Assembly: GCA_965228855.1 (NCBI GenBank)
Contig: CBDDIJ010000002.1
Location: 1,216,001-1,280,000 of the forward strand
From: Candidatus Obscuribacterales bacterium
Lineage (GTDB): Bacteria; Cyanobacteriota; Vampirovibrionia; Obscuribacterales; Obscuribacteraceae
Direction: 5' to 3'
Length of the DNA: 64,000 nt
Shown: in pieces, positions 57,485 through 64,000 of the stretch
Numbering within the stretch: the stretch's first letter is position 1
Layout of the letters: each line of letters begins with the position of its first letter
The notes under the pieces: generated by a model
Told to the model about the DNA's origin: nothing
Databases searched by the model: none
The model's input: the letters and a program-made list of their open reading frames with translations, nothing else
Translations under genes and position numbers: made by a program

Positions 57485-59920
57485 CTATCTTGTGGTGGTC
57501 TCGATGTGTGCTGGTAGCGTGAAGTAGATGCTCGTGCCGCGTCCTGCTTCGGACTCCGCCCAGATTTTTCCGCCCAGCCTCTCGACGTTGTTGCGCGCCA
57601 GGTACATCGATAGTCTTAAACTGTAGGTGTCTTCCGAATGTTTGCCCGCAATGAAACCGGCAAACATATCTTCGATTTCCACAGGTGGAAGAGCTGGTCC
57701 TGAGCTGGATACGGTGATTCTCATCTCGTCTCCGCGAATCGCGCTTTCCACTCTGACTCTGCCACCGGCGGCGGTGATGACGATGAGATGATGGAGAACC
57801 TGTACCAGGATTCCACGAACGGCATCCTTGTTGCCGGTAATTGAGGGCAGACCGGTAACTGTTTTGTAATCTAGCAAAAGTTGCCGCTCTCTTGCGAGCG
57901 GCGTCACCTCTTCCAGGCAGTCCGCAACCAGGCGGGTAATTATGATTTGTTCGCGCGGCACTACCGGCGGTGGTATGAACCCGCCGTACATCATCAGGTA
58001 ACTGTCGACGACGTGCAGAAGCTGTTCGTATTGTCCGTGAAGTTCAGTCAGCGACTGCGCTACTTGAGGGTGCATCGATGTGCCGGCGCTCGATAAAATC
58101 GAGTGCCAGCGAGATTCTCCCTGCGCCAGATTGGCGCGGATCGCGTCCTGGAGCATCGCAACTATTTCCTGCCGCAACTGCGCGTTTTCGGTTCTCAGCG
58201 ACTTGTCGCGCAAAACCATTACGTATCCCTGGATGTTGTTGTCCTCACCGCAAATTGGCTGCAGGTGCGCCAGGACTTCAACAAATTTCGATTCTTCGCG
58301 AGTGTTGTAGACGACAGCTTCCGGATAGAACCTGTTCAACACTGCGTTTGGATCACCACCGTGCCTTGCGAATGCTTGACCAAAGATTGTTCTTGTTCGA
58401 GCCTCTCCCGGTTTCTTGACCAGATCGAAACAGAGTCGTCCTGCGATCTCACCCTCGGAGCAACCGGCCCAATTCAAGAAAACCGGATTGGCCGACAAAA
58501 TATTTCCGTAACCATCGAGAATCAAAAATCCCTCTGTTGACGACTGCATAACAGCGTCGAGCTTGTGCTGAACTACGATCGCCTGTTTGTTCGCCTGATT
58601 TATCTGTTTCGAGACTTCGCTTAGTTGTCTCGATTGCGTTGATATCTGGCGGTTCAAACTCTCAATCTTGGTCGTCGAGCTTTCCACCAGCTTGGTCTTC
58701 TCTTCGATTTCTTCGTTTTGACGGCTGACCTTTTGTTTCAAATTCACCATGCTCGAACGCATGGTGCTGACGGCCGTATCGATTAACTCTCCCAGTTCAA
58801 GCCATTCTCCGGAGAGTCCCTCCAGTGGCGGAATTCTCTTTTTCTGCTCCGCGATATCTTCGGTTCTCAAAATCAAGAACTCCAGTGGCTCATCGACGCT
58901 GGCTTTAATCCGCTGAGTCAAGACGAAACCGATGAGCAGAGCAATACCACCAAAGATACCGGAGACGAGGAAGACCGTAAAAATTTTGCCGGTCAAATCC
59001 GGTACCGGAGTGGATACCAGCATTACGGCTAGTTCCTGGTGCGGGCGATTCGGAAATTTGATGCCGGTAAAGACTTGTTTGTACCAGAAGCGTCCGTTCT
59101 TCTCGAAGCTGCCATCGGCGATTTCGGGGTCTAGCGGCACCAGCGGTTTGGTTAGTGCATTGGGAAAAGGAGGGAACATATCCTTCGGAATCACGGAAGT
59201 GCCCTTGCGTCCCAGTTCTTGAACAAAAGGACCGCCGTCTCCACCGGTTAAACCCGGCGTTGCTGCGACTACTTTCTTCGCGGTGTTTGAAAATACAAGA
59301 AGGTCGATGCCCTGAACCGGCTGCGGCTCTTCGAGTCCAAACTTGGTCACCTCTCCAATCAAGTATTCGTTTGAAAACGGCTGACTGACGGCTACAAGAC
59401 CCTTCAGGCCACCGGACGATTCCATAATCGGCAAAATCGCCGACATCGTAAATGTTTGAGAGTTGGCTGCGTTGGCGGCTCCATAGTAAATGTTGTGATG
59501 CTGCGGATACTGCATCATGAACTGGACGGCTTCATTGTTAGCCGCCGCGGAAGAGCCGAACTTTGCCGGCGTCTCCGAGCTGTAAAATACGTTGCCTTTT
59601 TCGTCAATGATTACAACGAAGCCCGGAAAGTGACCTTCCTTGATTGCGCTGTTCAATGCGTCAGCAAGCGCGCGCCGGTCCTTCCGTCCGTACGCTTGCA
59701 TGATCGATTGGTTTCCGATAATTACTTTGGCAAATGCTTCGGAAGAGGCTTTCAGTGCGTCGTTGTCACGACCGAGCTTTTTGTAAGCCATCGCCACTTT
59801 GGCTCCGGCTGCCTGTCTGGTCGTGCGGAACTCGGTGTACAACGAAAAAACGGAAAGACTAGCCACCATGATTGCGATCACGACGACAAAAGCAAAAATC
59901 AGTTTTGAACCTAGACCCAA
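57485..59920 (-). CDS. Pseudo-histidine kinase (TM, Cache-like sensor, TM, coiled coil, PAS, degenerate DHp/CA)
   Basis: H-box reads MLQDAIRANL, N-box VQVLHHLIVIT, G1 VSSSGPAL, G2 SLRLSM; only the GGKIWAESE.GRGT...FTLP end is canonical. Confidence 0.82.
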   Translation of the reverse strand: MGLGSKLIFAFVVVIAIMVASLSVFSLYTEFRTTRQAAGAKVAMAYKKLGRDNDALKASSEAFAKVIIGNQSIMQAYGRKDRRALADALNSAIKEGHFPGFVVIIDEKGNVFYSSETPAKFGSSAAANNEAVQFMMQYPQHHNIYYGAANAANSQTFTMSAILPIMESSGGLKGLVAVSQPFSNEYLIGEVTKFGLEEPQPVQGIDLLVFSNTAKKVVAATPGLTGGDGGPFVQELGRKGTSVIPKDMFPPFPNALTKPLVPLDPEIADGSFEKNGRFWYKQVFTGIKFPNRPHQELAVMLVSTPVPDLTGKIFTVFLVSGIFGGIALLIGFVLTQRIKASVDEPLEFLILRTEDIAEQKKRIPPLEGLSGEWLELGELIDTAVSTMRSSMVNLKQKVSRQNEEIEEKTKLVESSTTKIESLNRQISTQSRQLSEVSKQINQANKQAIVVQHKLDAVMQSSTEGFLILDGYGNILSANPVFLNWAGCSEGEIAGRLCFDLVKKPGEARTRTIFGQAFARHGGDPNAVLNRFYPEAVVYNTREESKFVEVLAHLQPICGEDNNIQGYVMVLRDKSLRTENAQLRQEIVAMLQDAIRANLAQGESRWHSILSSAGTSMHPQVAQSLTELHGQYEQLLHVVDSYLMMYGGFIPPPVVPREQIIITRLVADCLEEVTPLARERQLLLDYKTVTGLPSITGNKDAVRGILVQVLHHLIVITAAGGRVRVESAIRGDEMRITVSSSGPALPPVEIEDMFAGFIAGKHSEDTYSLRLSMYLARNNVERLGGKIWAESEAGRGTSIYFTLPAHIETTTR

Positions 59921-60105
59921 CGGCTCTCCACTAGTTTTGAGGCTTCAAAGAGATCTCTACCTGAAGTTCATTACTACTTCTATGTATGTGAACTCTAGGT
60001 TGATATTCCACAAAAGTAAAATAGGTTTAACCCTGGGTTTCACCGTCGGATAAACGTTCTCTTCGCTTTTGCGCTGGATTAATTGTCGAAATGCTGTTTC
60101 GGAGC

Positions 60106-60384
60106 CTATTCAGACTCTTTCTCTTTGAGCTTGCGCAATTCCGCCTGGACCTGAATAGCGCGGATAAGTTGGTTTGGTCCGCAGAAGCCCAATTCCAGGA
60201 GAATCTGCCCCAGTGGCTTACGCTCCTTGCCTGCTTCTTCGTCCGACCGCTGGATGTGAAGCGCCTCATCCAACTGATAAATAGTGATATAGCCCAGATC
60301 TACGAGAATCTGACCCAACAGGTACTTGTTCTCTTCGGAAGTTTGCGCGTCTTGCGACTTTGTCGTCGTATCTTCTTTTGTCAT
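60106..60384 (-). CDS. Stand-alone MshEN-like domain protein
   Basis: Two LGQIL..LG......L..A...Q motifs in 92 aa. Confidence 0.75.
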   Translation of the reverse strand: MTKEDTTTKSQDAQTSEENKYLLGQILVDLGYITIYQLDEALHIQRSDEEAGKERKPLGQILLELGFCGPNQLIRAIQVQAELRKLKEKESE

Positions 60385-60418
60385 GTGCCTGTCGTGTAGT
60401 TATCTGAGTTGAAAAAAT

Positions 60419-60507
60419 GACCGCTGGACGCACCCGTAGGTTACAACTTATGGCTGCTGGGTTTCCCCCCTGACCAGGTTCGTCGGCCTCCGCCGCGCCC
60501 AACGATC
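60419..60507 (-). ncRNA. ffs: Small bacterial SRP RNA (4.5S)
   Basis: Minus strand GAACCTGGTCAGG-GGG-GAAA-CCC-AGCAGCCATAAG domain IV; terminal stem GATCGTTGGGCGC/GCGTCCAGCGGTC; TATAAT at 60514-60519 upstream; T-run downstream. Confidence 0.88.
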
Positions 60508-60699
60508 ACTCAAATTATAGACGATTAGTGCTTGGAACCGTAAAGACCCTCGGTTGTCATTCCGTAACTTCTTAAGTTTTGCGGTTTTAAGGAGATCAGT
60601 GGTTTTATTCTTTGGTTTAATTTAGGCCTTGAGGCATCTGGTCATTAAACCGATGTCCGCTTTTGCAAAAGTCACCGAATATGGTGGCTGAATATTTCG

Positions 60700-61743
60700 A
60701 TGGATTCAACAGGTGTTCTTATGCATGGACTCTCAACTAAGTCGTTAAATCCTCCGGGCGTAATCCATAATCTTATGCGGGCGCAATGGGCGGGGGCGAT
60801 TATCGCGAACTCCACCCAGTTGAAAATATTCGATGCCGTTGATCTCGGGTTTCGCTCGGCCGATGAGGTGGCTCGTGAAACCGGCATTCAGCCTCGTGCG
60901 GCGGAAATACTTTTGAACGCTCTTGTCTCGCTGGAGCTTCTGACAAAAGACGAGAAGGGCTACAGTACCACGGAAGAGTCGCACTACTACATGGTTAGTA
61001 CCAGCCCACTCTTTGTAGGAGGATACTTTCAAGCACGACCAGCTTTCGCCAAGGCGTGGCAAAACATGGCAGAGATCGTCACCACCGGTAAACCTGGAGC
61101 CGAGATTAATAAAGACGAGACGGCGCAAGAGTTTTTCCCGGACCTTGCAGCTGCGCTGTTTCCCATGAACTTTGCCTATGGTCAGCGACTTGCCGAGTAT
61201 CTAAAAATTGCTGAGCGAACAGAAAAAGTTCGTGTTCTCGATTTAGCCTGCGGTAGCGCCGTCTGGAGTATTCCGCTTGCCAGGGCAAATAAGAATGTTC
61301 ACGTCGATGCATTGGACTTCGCGCCGGTTTTAGATGTCGCCAGAAAATTCACAGAAAAAGCAGGGGTTAAAGAGCAGTACGCCTATCTCTCTGGAAACTG
61401 GCAAGACATCGCTTTATCCGAGAATACTTACGATGTCGTGATCCTGGGTCACATTCTCCACTCAGAGGGAAAGGTGCGCAGCGTCGAGCTCCTGTCGCAT
61501 GTTTACGGAGCGCTGAAGAAGGGTGGAACTGTAGCGATTGCCGAGTTTCTCGTCGACTCATCGAGGACGAGCCCGGCTTTTGCTGCGATGTTTGCTTTGA
61601 ATATGTACCTGGTCACGACTGACGGTTGCGTTTTTTCTCACGACGAACTTGGGGACATGCTCAACGATAGTGGTTTTGTGCATGTTCGAGAAATGCCTAA
61701 AAACAAGCATGACTCAGACGTGATGCTCGCCGATAAGGTTTAA
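60700..61743 (+). CDS. SAM-dependent O-methyltransferase with N-terminal dimerisation domain
   Basis: L.IFD.......ADEVA..TG......LL.AL..L.LL, VLDLACGSAVWS, YDVVILGHILH, LKKGG. Confidence 0.9.
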   Translation: MDSTGVLMHGLSTKSLNPPGVIHNLMRAQWAGAIIANSTQLKIFDAVDLGFRSADEVARETGIQPRAAEILLNALVSLELLTKDEKGYSTTEESHYYMVSTSPLFVGGYFQARPAFAKAWQNMAEIVTTGKPGAEINKDETAQEFFPDLAAALFPMNFAYGQRLAEYLKIAERTEKVRVLDLACGSAVWSIPLARANKNVHVDALDFAPVLDVARKFTEKAGVKEQYAYLSGNWQDIALSENTYDVVILGHILHSEGKVRSVELLSHVYGALKKGGTVAIAEFLVDSSRTSPAFAAMFALNMYLVTTDGCVFSHDELGDMLNDSGFVHVREMPKNKHDSDVMLADKV

Positions 61744-61767
61744 ATCCTGCACCGTATGTGGTGGCGC

Positions 61768-62235
61768 CTAGTCCTGACTTCCAGTGGCGAAGTCGTTGCC
61801 GTTGTCGGCCATGTTCCACTTAAGCAACTCGCGCCGCCACTCGAGGTCGGCTTGAGCTTCTTTGATCAGACCCGCCAGACCCTGGTAGTCGGCGAAGGAC
61901 AAGTCGATTGCCACTCCAAGATCGAATGTCAGTTTGACTCGCTCGCAGTTTGGTACGCATGACATGCATACGATATGGTCGGGACCACAGACTTCGAACA
62001 TTTGAGTGTCTTCGCACTGCAGTGGGTCGCGCTCCCAGCTCAAATACTCCATGAACTGTTCGTCTTCCACACTTTGTTGGACGAGCAGTACCAGCGCCTG
62101 ATACTGGGTGTGATTCAAATAAATCGTGACTTCCTGACGACGGTAGTCGAGGGCGAACTCGCCGGTTTCCTTGTCTAGATACAGGTCCGCAAAGGCGTTG
62201 GCGAAACTGATCTGATTGCCGGTGCTTGTCTTCAT
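61768..62235 (-). CDS. Acidic hypothetical protein with internal duplication and a Cys/His cluster
   Basis: GAGG RBS; V.I.L....YQ.L..L occurs twice; C-x6-C-x3-H-x2-C-x2-C-x3-C. Confidence 0.75.
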   Translation of the reverse strand: MKTSTGNQISFANAFADLYLDKETGEFALDYRRQEVTIYLNHTQYQALVLLVQQSVEDEQFMEYLSWERDPLQCEDTQMFEVCGPDHIVCMSCVPNCERVKLTFDLGVAIDLSFADYQGLAGLIKEAQADLEWRRELLKWNMADNGNDFATGSQD

Positions 62236-62288
62236 GAACTCAGGTTCCTCTTACCAATTCATTTATGCCACTGAAGCGACTGTTGTTG

Positions 62289-63329
62289 TCACTGATCCAA
62301 CCAAGCTGCCATATCTTTAGCATGGTAGGTGATGATCAAGTCCGCTCCGGCTCTGGTGATTGATGTGAGCACTTCGGTCACAACTCGGCGTTCGTCAAGC
62401 CAGCCCTTTTCGGCTGCTGCTTTCACCATCGCGTACTCTCCGGACACATTATAGGCTGCAATCGGAAGTTTATACAGCTGTCTGGCTTCTTTGATCAGGT
62501 CAAGATATGGAAGCGCCGGCTTCACCATAATCATATCCGCGCCTTCCTGGATGTCGAGAGCAATCTCACGCATTGCTTCTCGGGCATTGGCGGGATCCAT
62601 CTGATACCCGTTGCGGTCGCCGAATTGCGGCGCCGATTCGGCAGCCTCGCGGAAGGGACCGTACATGCCTGAGGCGAACTTGGCGCTGTAAGCCATAATC
62701 GGCGTGTTCGCATAGCCGGCCTGGTCCAGACCGTTCCGAATAGCTTGAATTCTGCCGTCCATCATGTCCGACGGTGCGATGATATCGGCGCCGGCTTGCG
62801 CTTGTGCGATTGCCGATTTTGCCAGAACAGTCAAACTCGGGTCGTTCAAAATCTTTCCGTCGGCGACTAATCCGCAGTGACCATGGTCCATGTACTCACA
62901 CAGGCAGGTGTCGGCCACCACGACAATGTGTGGAAACCGTTTTTTTATCTCGCGGATTGCTTTCTGGATGATTCCGTCTTCAGACCAGGCTGCCGTCGCT
63001 TGCGAGTCCTTAGTCTCGGGAATCCCGAACAAAATTATCGAGCTCAAACCCAGTTTGGCGACTTCTTCAATTTCCTTGAGCGCCTCATCGATACTTTGCT
63101 GATGAATGCCGGGCATCGAGCTGATCGGAATTTTGCGTCCCTTGCCTTCGACGATGAAGAGGGGGTAAATCATCTGCTCTTTGCGAACATGCGTCTCGCG
63201 AACCATCGAGCGTAATTGCGGAGTCGCTCTCAGTCTGCGCATTCTGACGTGCGGATAGTTCGGCGACGTCGCTTCCAAAAGGTTGTTTTCGGCTGCTGAA
63301 TTGGGATGCGTGAGCACTGGCTTCTCCAT
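62289..63329 (-). CDS. hemB: Porphobilinogen synthase (ALA dehydratase), Zn-binding type
   Basis: [45 protein letters not shown]. Confidence 0.97.
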   Translation of the reverse strand: MEKPVLTHPNSAAENNLLEATSPNYPHVRMRRLRATPQLRSMVRETHVRKEQMIYPLFIVEGKGRKIPISSMPGIHQQSIDEALKEIEEVAKLGLSSIILFGIPETKDSQATAAWSEDGIIQKAIREIKKRFPHIVVVADTCLCEYMDHGHCGLVADGKILNDPSLTVLAKSAIAQAQAGADIIAPSDMMDGRIQAIRNGLDQAGYANTPIMAYSAKFASGMYGPFREAAESAPQFGDRNGYQMDPANAREAMREIALDIQEGADMIMVKPALPYLDLIKEARQLYKLPIAAYNVSGEYAMVKAAAEKGWLDERRVVTEVLTSITRAGADLIITYHAKDMAAWLDQ

Positions 63330-63679
63330 CGGTGGCGGACTCCTCTTGGGCGATGCGCGTTTTATGTGATTTGAAAACTATATCGCTTGTATACGCCTAT
63401 TAATTGAATAGCTCCATTTGTTTTATAGAATTAATGATGCCAAGCGGGCTGCGTGTCCAGGGGGTGGCTCGTTAGGGGGGCATGACAATCTGGTTTCATA
63501 AGTTCACACACCTGACCTTTCACCCACACTCGTCAGGTGGAGATCAGGATGGTTTTCAGTAAAAACGAGGCGCTGACCGATGACGCTGTTTGGTTGCCAC
63601 CGGAGGTGGTGCCGCATCCATCGAGACGAAAACCTGGATAATGTCATCTAGACCGGTATCTTCGTGCAACGTCGAACGA

Positions 63680-64000
63680 TTACATGAGTACAACCTGGTT
63701 TTGACCGAGAGCTTTGGCTCGCGCCAGTGCTCCGCTCGAACGCTCCAATAGCATCTGAAGACTACCGTCAGAAGTAACTTGTGAGACGCCGGCGCTGGCA
63801 GTTACTTTGAATATTTGTCCTGCGGCTTTGTGTGGAACAGCAGCAAATTGTTCGAGTAAACCGTTCACAATCTCGACGGTTTCCTGGGCGGACAGGCTAT
63901 CGTCGAGGATTGCAATTTCGTCTCCGCCGATTCGCCCGATAATTTCGGTGTGGCGAAAAGTCCATTTTATGATTTGCACGAGTGCGAGAATGGTGCGGTC
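63680..64000 (-). CDS. C-terminal GGDEF domain of a gene starting beyond the window
   Basis: GRIGGDEIAIL, VTASAGV, AL..AK..G.NQV. Confidence 0.85.
   Translation of the reverse strand, partial: DRTILALVQIIKWTFRHTEIIGRIGGDEIAILDDSLSAQETVEIVNGLLEQFAAVPHKAAGQIFKVTASAGVSQVTSDGSLQMLLERSSGALARAKALGQNQVVLM

Noticed and set aside
63482..63562. His-rich 26-aa ORF as an attenuator leader peptide
   Set aside because: There is no downstream same-strand gene to regulate and the RBS spacing is poor; kept only as part of the candidate RNA.
63649..63657. TAGACCGGT half-matches to the TetR operator (also at 6040-6048)
   Set aside because: The right half-site is missing, and the 6040 match is inside a CDS; likely chance.
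1..64000. Numerous short antisense or nested ORFs in the ORF track (e.g. 2168-2995, 33852-34571, 35958-36836, 39848-40351)
   Set aside because: They lie opposite well-supported genes and show no recognisable motifs; these are expected shadow ORFs.

Overview
A gene-dense, roughly 50% GC bacterial chromosomal window. I found no rRNA, tRNA, CRISPR array, transposase or integrase. Gene content suggests a non-photosynthetic cyanobacterial relative such as Obscuribacterales/Melainabacteria (inference only). Recognisable genes are kdpB(partial)-kdpC-kdpD-kdpE, an APC transporter, an aldo/keto reductase, a NemR-like TetR with three operator copies, YceI, a fused 5-oxoprolinase, an Flp pilin, an SPL-like radical SAM enzyme, the SRP RNA (ffs), an O-methyltransferase and hemB. 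The most striking signal is two translationally coupled, same-architecture sensor kinases with complementary defects (26991-31378): one keeps the ATP-binding boxes but lacks the phospho-His, the other keeps the His but lacks the ATP-binding boxes, suggesting an obligate heterodimeric histidine kinase. Other candidates are a kinase-less PknG C-terminal tail beside a GlnX-like protein, an active/inactive TraB-GumN pair, a catalytically eroded primase/Rep-like protein, a GGDEF retaining only its I-site, a stand-alone MshEN-like protein, a fully degenerate histidine kinase, three paralogous secreted hydrophobic-hairpin proteins, and two large effector-like proteins with a repeated hairpin flanking one of them. 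All family assignments come from motif reading and recall; no database searches were run.
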